Origin: Mobula hypostoma
Taxonomy: Eukaryota
NCBI RefSeq assembly: GCF_963921235.1
Contig: NC_086097.1
Span: 152,026,001 to 152,090,000 of the forward strand
DNA length: 64,000 bases
Direction of reading: 5' to 3'
The notes beneath the pieces were generated by a model. It searched no databases, was not told where the DNA came from, and saw only the letters and a list, made by a program, of their open reading frames with translations. Shown one piece after another: positions 37,427 to 51,149 of this stretch; the stretch's first letter is position 1; every line of letters starts with the position of its first letter. The position numbers were made by a program, and so were the translations under genes.

Positions 37427-38182
37427 CTGAAGATCAAAAGTAATGGCAAGATAATTTCTATAGCTATAATGCATTCATAATGCTTCCTTTGAGTTATAGT
37501 ACATGTAATTTTCAAACACCAAGATCTTCACACCAACACATCCAAAATAAATGTTAATCACCACTGTCTCTGAGCTGCATTCATGCATATGCAGACATCT
37601 CAGGTGAAAGGGAGTGTTCCCTGGTCTGCAAACAACCCCAGACTGCAGTTCCAGGAAGAACATTGTTCTGAGCTGCATTTTAAATTCAATTTACAATCCA
37701 CATTCAGTTCTGAAGACTGTTGAAATTAATATTTTCTATATTCCATATCTCCAAAATATGCCTGAATGCATTATGCAACCTCATATGATGCTAAATCAGG
37801 ATAATATAATATTGTTATCTTCAAATTAGGTGTATATGGAACGATAAGTTTCCCAAAGTGCACATCAGGTACACAAGCAGAGTAATTTTAGAGCCCAGGT
37901 AAAGGGTCTCAACCGGAAACATTGGCTATCTGTTTCCCTCCACAAATGTTGCCTAAACCAGCTAAGTTCCTCCGGTGTTTTAAGTGCTGCTCCAGATTCC
38001 AGCATCTGCAGACTCCTGTACCTCAATCTTTAAATGTGCTTCATCCTGTGTTGGCAGTGAGCTTTCCTAATGTAATCGATCAGAGATCTTGAGTCACTTA
38101 CAATATTTGACATTTTACATTGGGCAATATGAAAATGTGGAATAGAAAAAGACATTTAGTTATCTAACATTTAGTTGTTATA

Positions 38183-38745
38183 ACCGGGGATGGTAATGGG
38201 AATAAGCTCCCACTGCCTATTAAATGCTCCTAATGGCATGCACCTCAAATAGCCTCTGACAACCAAGTCAAGCTCCTGGCTTTCACATGTGAGTTAGCTA
38301 CTAAGCTTAGCAGAACCCACTTCTACTGACAGGAGAAGAAGCAAAAGTGGGTTACTGGTGCCTTAAAATTAGTTGCTTTGGGCAGATGAGGCTTTTTAAG
38401 CTGTGGTTGGCAGCTCATCTAGGAGAAGGAAAACTCTGATCTCAAAACTCCAATCTCAAAACTCCATTGCCTTGCGGCAATACCCACTCATGGGGAAGGC
38501 TTCGGGAGTAAATCCTGAGGGAAAAATCCGGAGCTGAGGCCCCTAAGGCTGTCCTACATGTTCAACACTAATTGGCAAATCCTGCGATGCTGCTGGTAAC
38601 AAATTGTATCAGTCTTTACCATTCCTTTGGGTTCATCAGAAGCACAGAGAGTTGAGCTTGCTACATGGGCAAAAGCTTGCTCTCCATGTCATAATGTCCA
38701 GGATTGTGTACCTAAATAGATAGGATGAAACATCCATGGTCGACA
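38183..38745 (+). mobile_element. Non-autonomous RTE-derived element (5' UTR-like)
   Basis: Contains ctaggagaaggaaaactctga, recalled as typical of RTE/Expander 5' UTRs; no ORF. Confidence 0.55.
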
Positions 38746-38894
38746 AGACCAAAAGATATAGGAGCAGAATTAGATCCGTCAGCCCGTCGAGTCTGCTCCG
38801 TCATTCCATCATGGTTGATCCCTGACCCCATTCAACCCTAAATACCTGCCTTCTTGCTGTAATCTTTGATACCCTGACCAATCAGGAACCTAAA

Positions 38895-39425
38895 CACTAG
38901 GAATTCTGCAGATGCTGGAAATTCAAGCAACACATATCAAAGTTGCTGGTGAACACAGCAGGCCAGGCAGCATCTCTAGGAAGAGGTACAGTCGACATTT
39001 CGGGCCGAGACCGTTCATCAGGACTAACTGAAGGAAGAGCTAGTAAGAGAATGGAAAGTGGGAGGGGGAGGGGGAGATCCAAAATGATAGGAGAAGACAG
39101 GAGGGGGAGGGATGGAGCCAAGAGCTGGACAGGTGATTGGCAAAAGGGATATGAGAGGATCATGGGACAGGAGGCCCAAGGAGAAGGAAAGTGGGAGGGG
39201 GGGAAAACCCAGAGGATGGGCAAGAGGTACAGTCAGAGGGACAGAGGGTGAGAAAGAATGTGTGTATATAAATAAATAACGTATGGGGTATGAGGGGGAG
39301 GTGGGGCATTAGCAGAAGTTAGAGAAGTCAATGTTCATGCCATCAGGTTGGAGGCTACCCAGACAGAATACAAGGTGTTGTTCCTCCAACCTGAGTGTGG
39401 CTTCATCTTTACAGTAGGAGAGGCC
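38895..39425 (-). mobile_element. Penelope-like 3' end with hammerhead motif (38990-39025)
   Basis: Reverse-complement homologue of 27650-28232; minus strand AGTC CTGATGA acggtctcggccc GAAAT GTC GACT. Confidence 0.92.
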
Positions 39426-40250
39426 ATGCATTTGTCTGCCACCTCATTCTATTCCTATCCTCACTGTCGCATAGCACAGGCAACAATCCCAAGATTACCA
39501 CCCTTGAGTTCCTGCTTCTCAGGTTCCTTCCTAATTCTCTGTATTCTGTTTTCAGGACCTCCTCCCTTTTTCTACTATTGTAGTTGGTACCAATATGTAC
39601 CACGACTTCTGGCTGCTCACCCTCCCTTTTCAGGATATTGTGGACGCATTCAGTAACTTTGTGGACCCTGGCACCTGGGAGGCAAACTGCAATCCATGTT
39701 TCTTTTTCGCATCCACAGAATCACCTATCCATCCCCCTAACTATAGAGTCCCCTATTACTGCTGCCATCCTCTTCAGTTCCCTACCCTTCTGAACCATAA
39801 GGCCAGACTCAGTGCCAAAGGCATGGCCGCCATTGCTTCCCCCCCCCCCCCCCACCAACAGTACTTAAAATGGAGTACTTTTTATTAAGAGGGATGGCTA
39901 CAGGGGTGCTCTCCACTATCTGACATTTTCCCTTCCTTCTCCTGACAGTCACTCATTTAAATGTCTCCTGTAGCCTTGGGGTGACCACCTCCCTGTAGCT
40001 CCTGTCTGTCACTTCCTCACTTTCCTCAACAAGCCAAAGGTCATCGAGCTGCAGCTTCAGTTCCCTAATGCGGTCTCAAAGGAGCTGCATCTTGATGCAC
40101 CTTGTGCTGATGTGGCCATCGTGGAGGCCAGAGTTCTTACTATTAAACTTACCTATTTATCTCGTCTTCACCTGTTCTTGCTGAAGCCTGTTGACCACTC
40201 TAACAATGATTGCTCCACTATACGGGTTTTTAAAGCTCCGCTCCAGATCT
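39425..40250 (-). mobile_element. CR1 5' UTR and ORF1 fragment
   Basis: VHIGTNYNSRKREEVLK..SRVVILGLLPV esterase-like motif (39409-39603). Confidence 0.85.
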
Positions 40251-42779
40251 GCATGGGAATGCTTCTACTGCGTCTGCACCACTGTCCAATCAATGTTCAA
40301 CCCTGACCGACAGAGGCCTCACTAAAGTAACAATAGTGACCAACAATGTGTGATCACCTATCCGTGCACTCAGCAAAGGAGAAACTACCTTATCCCATCA
40401 AACAATTAATGGGCTGGGAGACACCTTAATATTATTTGTTTGAGTGCTGGAATTCTCCTTCACTCTTTCTAGTTGCCATACTTCTGCCGTTTCGGGGTTA
40501 TACTTAGAACAAAAACAATTGTCATTTCCAGCATTTTTCAGCCTTGCATCTAGGCTTTTTAGAACAAAAGCTAGATATAACATAGGTTTTACGCAGATTA
40601 AACCTTTCTGACCTATGCTCCAAAAATGCACCTTAATTCTAACTTCAGAAAAATAACTATTTCCCTGTGTGATTATCCCACATAATCATTTTGCTGCCCA
40701 TTATATTAGAAAACTACAAAATTCATTGTTGAGAGGTAAGAAATCATTCACATGTTTAACAGGCAAAATACTTTTGTATCAGTACCAGTGGTTCTGAGAA
40801 AAGTGGACAACTTCCCAGAGGCTGTAGTCACTTGGGTGCCATTCCTGAACACTGACCTCAGTAATAACATGTATTTCCATTCTGGCTCAGAGCTTCCAAA
40901 TTGCAGTCTCAATTACATGGTACATTCAGGCACAGGTGGTAAATTTTCCTAACCTGATTTGGTCATTAACTCCGCCAGTCACGAGGATCTTTCCCCCTTA
41001 GGCCACCATCAGTTTATCATTCGCTAGTGATTAAAATGCAGCCATTTGGCCTCATGAACCTATTACAGGCCTGTTTATAATGATCTTTTAATGACTGTCA
41101 GCCTGAGCTGAGCAAGCTGACAGATAATGATGTCAATTATGCAAATTTAAGTAATGGCTTCAAACCCAATAAATTTAAAGCTGGGGGGGAGAGGGGAACA
41201 TTATATTTAAAGCTTTATATTAAATCTTTTTTGTACAGAAATAAACAGAAGTTAGTAAGTAAAATGCTAAGACCTAGAGACTAAAAGCAGGCACTTACTT
41301 CAAGATAAATTACCACTGAGTGTGGAAAAAGGCATTGAGAATGCTGGAAATTTAGCATTTTCCCATTGACTTCTGGACAATTAAAATAGTGATTAAAAAT
41401 CTTGCACATTTTGCCGAGAATAATGGAGTGACATGTACAAACATACTTTGGTGCTTTTGGCAGATACCCATTTGTACAGCAGCTGATGAGAAGAAATTCT
41501 TACTGATATCAACATTCAGTAAGAGTCTGTGGGACTGAAATTCACCCGGGGGTTTAGTGGTGAACAGGCGACCAAATTGTATACACTTCAGCTAATATTC
41601 CCTTCCACTGACATCAATGAACAGTATACCAGGTAAGGCTGAAAACAGTTTATAAATGTGCACTTGTAGTGATCCTGATAAATATTCATTTTGAAGCCTT
41701 TTTTGCTTCTGTGCTATATGCCATGACACACAGATCTTTGCTATAAGGGATGCCAATAAATTTTCCTCAAGGGAGAGAACCATTTGACCCCGGTATTTCT
41801 TTGGCAAAAAACAAATGCCAAGTGTAGTTCTGGGTAATGCCAATTATAATTTGGTATGAATGCTTCAATTGTTGCCATTTCATACTAACTTGCAGTTTTG
41901 ATGCTATGGGATCTACAGTACTTCATTCAAATTACAAGTAGCTTTTATAAATTTGTCTTAACAACACTGGTATCCATAATATCAGTTTTGTTTCTTGGAT
42001 TATGATCAATGGCTGAGAAATGCTTTTCCAGGGTAACCACTTTATCATTAAAAGAGTGCTGTTTTGTGCAGATGGAATCCAAGGTATCCTGAATATAAAA
42101 GAAAAACAAATATAAAGATGAAAGATCTAGGCCTGAAAAATTGACTGTTCATTTCTTTTCATAGATGCTGCCTGAACTGGTGAGGTTCCAGCATTTTGTA
42201 TTTGTTATAAATTTTTCCAGCATCTGCAGTACTTCTTGTGTTTTCCTCTCTTAGTAGAGAGGCTACCTCATAGGTCCAGACAGCTAGACTCTATTCTGGC
42301 CTTGGGTGCTGTCTTTATGTTGTTTAAATGTTCTGGACAATATAGGCTTCCTTCAGGGACTCTGGTTTGCCCCCACATCCCAAAGACATGTTGGTCAGTA
42401 ATTTGCCCTTATTATGTGGGTATAAAGTACAATCTTGGTAACCTGGTAACTCCTATTAGTTTCCTTCTACTTCAGTCCTTAGCTCTTTCACCTATCATCT
42501 GCAGCCGGTCGGGCAGCATCTGTAGAGGGGAATAAACAACTGATGTTTCGGGCCAAGACCCTTCATCAGGACTTGAAAGGAAGGGGGAAGGCCAGAATAA
42601 GAAGATGCGGGAGAGGAAAGAATGCAGGCTAGTAGGCGATAAGTGAAGCTAGGTGACGGGGGAAGACGGTGGGGAAGGGGAAGCAGGAATGTACCAACTG
42701 TGCAAGTGTGTCATCCAAAATTTTAATGAAAATATACTTTACACATCTGGTGCTGAATCATTCACGCTCTTAGGTTTTC

Positions 42780-43815
42780 TGGTTGGCTGCATGCGACCAG
42801 TGGTGCTCCATAGATGTCAGTATTGGGATTGTTTCTTCTCAGATTATGTGTCAATGATATGGATGCTGAAATTGATGGCTTTCTGGCCAAGTTTGTGCAT
42901 GATACAGAAATAGATGGGGGAACATGTAGTGTTGAGGAAGCTGGGGCACAACAAAATAACTTAGACAGATTAGGAGAATGGGCAAGAAATGGCAGATGGA
43001 ATATAGTGCAGGGAAGTTTATGGTCACACGCTTTGATAGAAGCAACAAAGGCATAGACTATATTCTAACTGGGGAGCAAGTTCAGAAACGAGAGGTGCAA
43101 AAGGACTTGGGAGTCCTCATGCAGGATTCCCTAAAAGTTAACTTGTAGGTGAGGTGATAGGAAGTAAGGAAAATGCAGTTTTATCTTTCATTTCAAGAGG
43201 ACTAGAATATAAAAGCAAGTATGTAATGTTGAAGGTTTAGAAGACACTGTTGAGACCTCACTTGAATATTACGAGCAGTTTGAGCCCCCCCCCCCATCTA
43301 AGAAAATATGTGTTGGCATTGGAGAGAGACCAGACCTGGTATATGAGAGTGATTCTGGGATTAAAAAGGTTAATGTATGAGAAGCATTTGATGGCTGTGG
43401 TCCCGTATACACTAGAGCTTAAAAGAATGAGGGCGTATCTCATTGAAACCTATTGAATATTGAAAGGCCTAGATATAATGGATGTGAGTATGATGTTTCC
43501 AATAGCGGGGGAGTCACTGAGCAGAGCCTCAGAATAGAGTGCCATCCATTTAGAACAAAGATAAGGAGGAATTTCTTTAACCAGAGGGTAGTGAATCTGT
43601 GGAATTTATTGCCACAGAGGGCTGTGGAGGCAAAGTCATTCAGTATACTTAAAGCAGAGGTTGATAAGTTCTTGATTAGTTAGGGTGTCAAAAGTTAAGG
43701 AGAGGATGCTGGAGAGTGGGGTTGAGATAGATAATAAATCAGCCATGATGGAATGGCAGTGCAAACTTAATGGGCTGAATGGCTTAGCTCTGTTCTTAGG
43801 CCTTATGGTCTTGTA
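42780..43815 (+). mobile_element. CR1 3' fragment
   Basis: AKFVHDTEI and RRNFFNQRVVNLWNLLPQRAVEA; ttatggtc tail. Decayed Penelope repeats precede it at about 42110-42245 and 42500-42690. Confidence 0.88.
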
Positions 43816-44429
43816 GTCTATTTGACAGATTGCACATGCATTTTGTTCACACTACCAATGAACAACTATGTCAATGTGATTTTCAAAATTCCTTAACTGC
43901 AGCTTTCCCCTGAAATCCACCCTGTATTCCTGTCTGTTACAAATTATTACATACAAAATCCTTTCCTTCTGCCTTCAATGCATTTAACTCATCTTACATT
44001 GAAATTCATGAATCCACATTATCCTCTGTGCCATGGTTTATTCTCAGCAATAACCTTCTTGTGTTAATACCAAAGATGCAGAAAAAAATCAAGGCTGATT
44101 ATAATGCTGCCTTTACTTTTGAAGACTGATCTGTTTTGAGAAATTTCCATTCATGTTCACCACGTCACCTGGCAGCTTATCTTCTTGATCATTTTACTGT
44201 GAATTGTCACAGTGTTGGGCTTCTTGAAGAGCATTAAAGTGGATAAATTCCCAAGGTCTTAAGGGATCTATCCAAGGTTATTTAAAGAAACAAGAGAGGA
44301 GATGGCTGGGACAATGGCAGAGATCTTTGTATTCCTTGTCAACCATAGATGAGGTCCCAGAAAAGGAGAATAACCAATACCATGCCATTGTTGAAGAAAG
44401 CCAATAGAGACAAAGCAGGATTTTATAGC

Positions 44430-47400
44430 AAGCGTAGGCAGGATCATAGTTACGGCCATGGAATGCTCCTCCTGTAAGGTGTGGCATGAGTAGTGGAGAT
44501 GACTACACCTGCAGGAAGTGCACCCAACTTCAGCTCCTGACTGACAAGGCCAAAGAAATGGAGCGAGAGCTGGATGCACTCAGCAAAATCTGGGTGGCTT
44601 AAGACTTCATAGACGAGATGTTTACTGAGGTGGTTGCACCATAGTGCAGGTTTCAGTTAGTAGATGGATGACCACTAGGAGAAGTAAGGGAGTAATCAGT
44701 TAGTGCAGGGTTCCCCTGTGGTCTTTTCCCTCAGCAACAAATATACCCCTTTGGATACTACTGGGAGAAGACCTATCATGGCATAGCAGCAGCAGCTGGG
44801 TCAGTGGCACTGTGGCCAACTTTGAGGCTCAGCAGGGAAGGGTAAAAATCAGGTAGTGATAGAAGACTCAGTTGTTAGGGGGAAGGGCAGAAGATTCTGT
44901 GGCCACATAAGAGATACCAGGATGAAGTGTAGCTTCCCACGTGCTAGGGTCAAGGATGTCTCAGAGTGGTTACAGAATATTTTAAAGAGGGAGGGTGAGC
45001 AGCTGGAGGTAGTGATGTATATTATACCAATGACATAGGTAGAAAAAGGGAAGAGGTCCTGTGCAGTGGCTGTAGGGACTAATGAAAAAGGTTGAAGAGC
45101 AGGACCTCCAAGGTACAGTGATAATCCTTGGATTAGTCCCAATGCCATGTGCTAGTCAGGGCAGGAATAAGATGAAGGTACAGATGACTGAGTGGCTGAG
45201 GACCTGGTGCTAAGTGCAGGCTTTTAGATTCTTGGACAATGGAACCCCTTTTGGGGCAGTGGTGACCAAAACAAGGATGAAAGTATGCACCTAAAGGAAC
45301 CAAAATCCTGGCCAGGAGGTTTGCTAGTGCTACTCACAAGGATTTAAGTGAGTTTGGCATGGATATGGGAACCAGACACCAGGTCAGAAAGTGGAAGGAT
45401 GGAGAGGAAGCTGGATATCAGGGCCAGTAAGAGCAGGGCTAACAGATACAACTGGACAGATAGTTGGAAGTGGGTGTATTTTAATTCTAGGAGTATTATA
45501 GGTAAAGGTGATAAACTTGGAACATGGATTACTATATGGGATTATGATGATGTGGCCATTACAGAGACTTGGTTGAGAGAGGGTCAGGAATGGGTGCTTA
45601 ATATCTCAGGGTTTTGATGTTCTAGAGTAGATCGAGAGGGAGGCAAAAGAGTGGAGTGGAGAGGGAGCTGCACTACTAATTAGGGACAATATCACAGCTG
45701 CACTTAGAGGGGACATAATGGACGTCTTGTCCACTGAGTTTATATGAGTAGAACTTATAAATTGGAAGGGTGCAATCATTCTGACTGGATTGTACTACAG
45801 ACTACCTAATAGCCACTGGGACATTGAGGAACAGATATGCAGGCAGGTTAAGGTAACATGTAAAAACAACAGGGTTTTTGTTATGGGGGACCTCAATTTC
45901 CCTAATATAAGTTGGGACCTTCTAAGTGCAAGAGACTTAGATGGGGCAGAATTTGTTAGGTGCATCCAGGAAGGTTTCTTAAAATAATATGTAGATAGTA
46001 CATCAGGCTGTACTGGACCTGATGTTGGTTAACAAGCCTAGCCAAGCGACTGACCTTTCAGTGGGTGAACAGTGACCACAACTCCTTAAGTTTTAAGATA
46101 ACTATAGATAGGAATAAATATGGACATGCAGGAGAGTATTGAATTTGAGCAGCACAAATTATGAAAGCATTGGGCAGGAACAAGGGAGAGTTCATTGGAG
46201 CAGCTGTTTTTTGGCAAGTCCATATCTGACATGTGGAAGGTGTTTAAAGAGCAACTGCACAGAGTACAGGACAGGTATACTCCAGTCAGAAGGAAGGACA
46301 TATTCGGCTAGGTAAGAGAACCTTGGATATTGAGAGAGGTGAAGAATTTAGTCGAATAAAAAGGAGAAGTATGTAAAACTTTGGAAGTTAGAATCAAACA
46401 GATCCCTTGAGGATTTTAAAGAAGACAGAAGAAAGCTCAAGAAGAGAATTAACAAAGTCAGGAGGCACCATGAAAAGACATCGGCAGGAAGGATTAAAGA
46501 GAATTGCAAGGTATTCTAAACATACAGTATTTCAGGAACAAGAGGATAACTAGGATGAGGGTGGGTCCACTAAGGCATAAAGGGGCAACATTTTCTTGGG
46601 TGTGGAGGGTATTGGTGAGGTCCTTAATGAGTACTTTACATCAGTATTTACCAAGGAAGAGGACATGGATGATAGGAAGATCAGTGCTGAGCATATTGAT
46701 ATGCTAGAGCATTTTAAAGTAAAGAAGGAGATAGTGCTGAGTTTCATGAAGAGCATTAATGTGGATAGTTCCCAGGACCTGATGGGATATACACCAAATT
46801 ATTGGGAGAGGCAAAAAAAAGAGAGTGCTGTGGCCATGACCAATATCTTCGTACCCTCTCTAGCCATAGACAAGGTCCTCGAGGACTGGCAAGAAGCTAA
46901 TGTTGTTCCATTATTCAAGAAGGGAACAACAAGGGATAATCTCAGAGACTACTGCATATACTGTTGAGTCCCATATCAGTAGGAGGGAAGCTACTGGAGA
47001 GAATTCTTAGGGATAGGATTTATAAGCCTTTGGAAAACCATCAGGGAGAGTCACAAACTCGAGAAAATCTGTACAGACAAAATGCCTTAGGAAATTAGCA
47101 GACCAACAGCATCTATAGAAAAGAGTAAACAGTTGAGGTTTTGGGCCGAGACCCTTCATCAGGACTGGAAACAAAGATGAAGACAGAGCAAGAAGTTGGG
47201 GGGAGAGAATGAAGAGGTACAATGTGGTAGGTGATAGGTAACACTGGGAGAGGGAGAGGGGATGAATAAAGAGCAGGGAACTTGATTGATGAAAGAGATA
47301 AAGGGCTGGAAGAGGGGGAGTTTGATAGGAGAGGGTAGAAGACCATAGAAGAAAGGGATGGAGGAGGGGCAGCAGAAGGAAGTGATGGGCAGGTAAGGTG

Positions 47401-50010
47401 ATAACGTGAGAGAGAAACAGGAATGGGGAGGGTGGGGCAATTACTGGAAGTTTGAGAAATCAATGTTTATGTCATCAGGTTGGAGGCTACCCAGACAGAA
47501 TAGAAGGTTTTACAACTCTGACCTGAGTGTGGCCTCATTGTGGCAGTAGAGGAGGCCTTGGACAGGCATATGGGAATGGGAAGCAGAATTGAAATGGGTG
47601 GCTACCAGGAGATCTTGTATTTTCTGGCGGTTGGAGCATAAGTGTGTGGTGAAGCAGTTCTCCAATCTACATCAGGTTTCACTTTTACACAGGAGGACAC
47701 ATGAGGAGCACCAGATACAGTATATGACCCCAACAGATCCACAGGTGAAGTATCTCCTCACCTGGATGGACCGTTTGCAGCCCTGAATGGCAGTGAGGGA
47801 GGGTGTGAAGAGGCAGGTGTGGCACTTGTTCTGCCTGCAAGGATAAGTCCCAGGAGGGAGATCATTGGGCAGGGATGAGTGGACAAGGAAATCATGTAAG
47901 GGGTCATCTCTGTGGAAAGCAAAAAGTGGGATGAGGTAGGGATGTACTTGGTGGTGGGATCCCGTTGGAGATGCTGGAAGTTATGGAGACTTATGTGCTG
48001 GATGCGGAGACTAGTGGGGTGATAAGTGAGGACAAGAGGAAGCCTGTCCCTGGTATGGCAGTGGGAGGATGGTATGAGGGCAACCATATGTGAAGCTGAA
48101 GAGATGTGGGTGAGGGCAGCATTGATGGTGGAGAAACAAATGCCCCCGTCTTTGAAGGAGGAGGAAATCTCATTAGTTCTGGAATGAAAAGCCTCGAGCA
48201 GATGCAACAAAGATGGAGGAACTGAGAGATGCAGTTTCACAAGGGACTGGGTGAGAAGAGGTATAATCCAAGTAGCTGTGAAATCAGTGGGTTTATGAAA
48301 GATATCAGAAGATAGACTATCTCCAGAGATAGAGACAGAGAGATTGAGAAAGGGGAGGGAAGTGTCAGAAATAGACCAGGTAAATTTGAGGGCTGGGTAG
48401 AATTGGAGTCAAAGTTGATGAAGTTGACGAGCTCAGCATGTATGCAGGAAGCAGCACCAATGCAATCAACTTCCCAGCTCTTTACTTCACTCCTCCCCCT
48501 TTTCCAGTTTTACCTATCACCTACCACCTTGTACTTCTTCCCCTCCCCTCACCTTCTTACTCTGACCTCTTTTTTTTCCCAGTCCTGATGAAAAGTCTCA
48601 GCCCGAAACATTGACTGTTTACTCTTTTCCACAGATGCCGCCTGGCCGCCTGGCTTGCTGAGTTCCTCCGGCATTTTGTGAGTGTTCCATTAGGGAGAGG
48701 CAGCATGGTGGGGCAAGTTATGTTTTACTAACTTGATTGAGTTTTTTGACAAGGTGACAAAGGTGATTGATGAAGATAGAGCTGTGGATGTTGTCTACGT
48801 GGATTTTAATAATGTGTTTGACAAGTTACCACATGGGAGGCTCATCCAAAAGATTAAGATGCAGGGAATCAATGGTGAATTGGCCAATTGGATTCAGAAC
48901 TAGTTTGCCTGTAGAAGACAGAGTGATGGTTGAAGGCACTTGTTCTAGCTGGAGGTCTGTGATTAGTTGTGTAGTAAGGGGATCTGTAATGGTATCTCTG
49001 CTGTTTGTGAAGTGTATTATTGCTCCAGATGAAAATGTAGGTGGGTAGATTAGTAAGTTTGCAGGCAATATGAAAATAGGTGGGAGATCTTGTGGATAGT
49101 GTAGAAGACTGGCAAAGAATACAGCGGGATATAGATCAGTTGCAGATACAGTATGGGCAGAGAAATGACAGATGGAGTTTAAGACCATAAGACCATATGG
49201 TCTTAAACCGGCCAAATGGGAAGTGTTGCACTTTGGTAGGTCAAATGCAAAGAGATAGTACACTGTCAATGGCAAGACCCTTAACAGTGTTGATGCGCAG
49301 GGGGATCTTGGGGTCCAACTTCTTAGCTCCCTGGAAGTGGCTACACAGGTCGATAGAGTGGTTAAGAAGGCAAATGAAACACTGGCCTTTATTTTTCAAG
49401 GCATTCTGCGCAAAAGTCAGATAGTTACGTTGCAGCTTTGTAAAACTCTAGTTAGGCCATATCCGGGAGATTGCATATAGTGCTGGTTGTCCCATGACAG
49501 TAAGGATATTGAGGCTTTGGAGAGGGTGCAGAAAAGGTTTACCAGGATGTTGCCTGGATTACAGAGCGTGTGTTACAACAGGAGGTTGGACAAGCTTGTG
49601 TTGTTTTCTCCTGAGCGGTGGAGGCTGAGGGGAGACCTGCTAAAGGTTTATAAGATAATGAGAGGCATAGATAGAGTACACAGACACTATCTTTTTCCAA
49701 GGGTTGAAATATCTAATATCAGACAGCATGTATTTAAGATGAGGGGGTAATTTGAAAGGAGATGCGAGGGGCAAGTTTTTTACAGAGAGTGGTGGTGCCT
49801 GAAACGTGCTGCCTGGGGTAGCGCTAGAGGCAGAAACATTAGATACTTTTAAGAGATGTTCAGATAGGCACATGAATGTGAAGAAGATGGAAGGATATGG
49901 AAATTGCATAGGCAGAAGAGATTAGTTTAGTTAGTCGTTCGATCAATAATTTAGTAGGTTCAGCACCACAAAGTGGGCTGCAGGATCTGTCCTGTGTTCC
50001 ATATTCTATA
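44430..50010 (+). mobile_element. Near full-length decayed CR1 (ORF1 and ORF2), split by a Penelope insertion
   Basis: ORF1 Cys motif and esterase remnant; endonuclease YFNSRSI..AITETWL and MGDLNFP; RT and 3' end at 48700-50010. Confidence 0.9.
47051..48686 (-). mobile_element. Penelope-like element with inverted 5' partial terminal repeat
   Basis: RDRLPLVLTYHPTSLRIQHI (47758-48240); GIY-YIG tail; inverted repeat copy at about 48462-48686; TSD ccat(c/t)agggagag at 47038-47050 and 48687-48699. Confidence 0.92.
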
Positions 50011-50035
50011 TGTTACTGAGCTTTATATCAGTGGT

Positions 50036-51000
50036 AAGACCATAAGACATAGGAGCAGAATTAGGCCATTCAGCCCATTGAGTCTGCTCCACCATTCCAT
50101 CATGGTTGATCCCGGATTCCACTCAACCCCATACACTGGCCTTCCCGGCATATCCTTTGATGCCCTAACTGATCATGAAATGATCAACTTCCGCCTTTAA
50201 TATATGCACGGACTTGGCCTCCACTGATGTCTGCGGCAGAGCATTCCACAGATTTACTACTCTTTGGCTAAAAAAACCCCTCCATACCACTGTTCTAAAG
50301 GGTTTCCCTCAATTTTGAGGCTGTACCCTTTTGTTCTGGACCCTCCCCACCATTGGAAACATCTCCACATCCACCCTATCTAGTCCTTTCCACATTTGGT
50401 AGGTTTCAATAAGGTCCCCACACATTCTTCTAAATTCCAGTGAGTACAGGCCCAAAGCTGCCAACTTCTCCTTATATCTTAACCCCTTCATTCCTGGAAT
50501 CATTCTCGTGAGCCTCCTCTGGACTCTCTCTAATGACAACACATCCTTTCTGAGATATGGGGCCCAAACTGTTGACAATACTCTAAGTGCATTCTGACTA
50601 GTGTCTTATAAATGCTCAGCATTATCCCCTTGATTTATATTCTGGTCCCCTTGAAATAAATGCCAACATTGCATTTGCCTTCTTCACCACAGACTCAACC
50701 TGTAAATTAACCTTCTGGGAGCCTTGCACAAAGACTCAGAAGTCCCTCTGCACCTCTGATGTTTGAACCTTCTCCTCATTTAGATAATAAGTTCCTTTTA
50801 CCAAAATGCATTATCATACATTTCCCAACACTGTACTCCATTGCCACATTTTTGCTCATTCTTCCAATTTGTCTAAGTCCTGCTGCAAATGCATTACCTC
50901 CTCAGCACTATGTACCCCTCCACCTATCTTTATATCATCCACAAACCGCCACAAAACCATCAATTCCATTATCCAAATCATTGACAATCAATGTGCAAAG
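50036..51000 (-). mobile_element. CR1 3' fragment
   Basis: WAPYLRKDVLSLERVQRRLTRMIPG (50309-50578); tail taagaccataagac on the plus strand. Confidence 0.9.
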
Positions 51001-51149
51001 CAACTTATGGTTGTAAAATCATTGGAGTAGATTCTTAGAGACAGGACCTACTCAATATGTGGAAAAGCTTAGATTCATTAGGGATAGTTAACATGGCTTT
51101 CTGGGGGGGATGCTCTGTCTTACAAACTTAACTGAGTAAAAAATACTGA

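Noticed and set aside
40398..40631. Protein-like minus ORF in intron 1
   Set aside because: No donor gives the phase-1 end needed to join the 40-nt exon; splice sites are weak.
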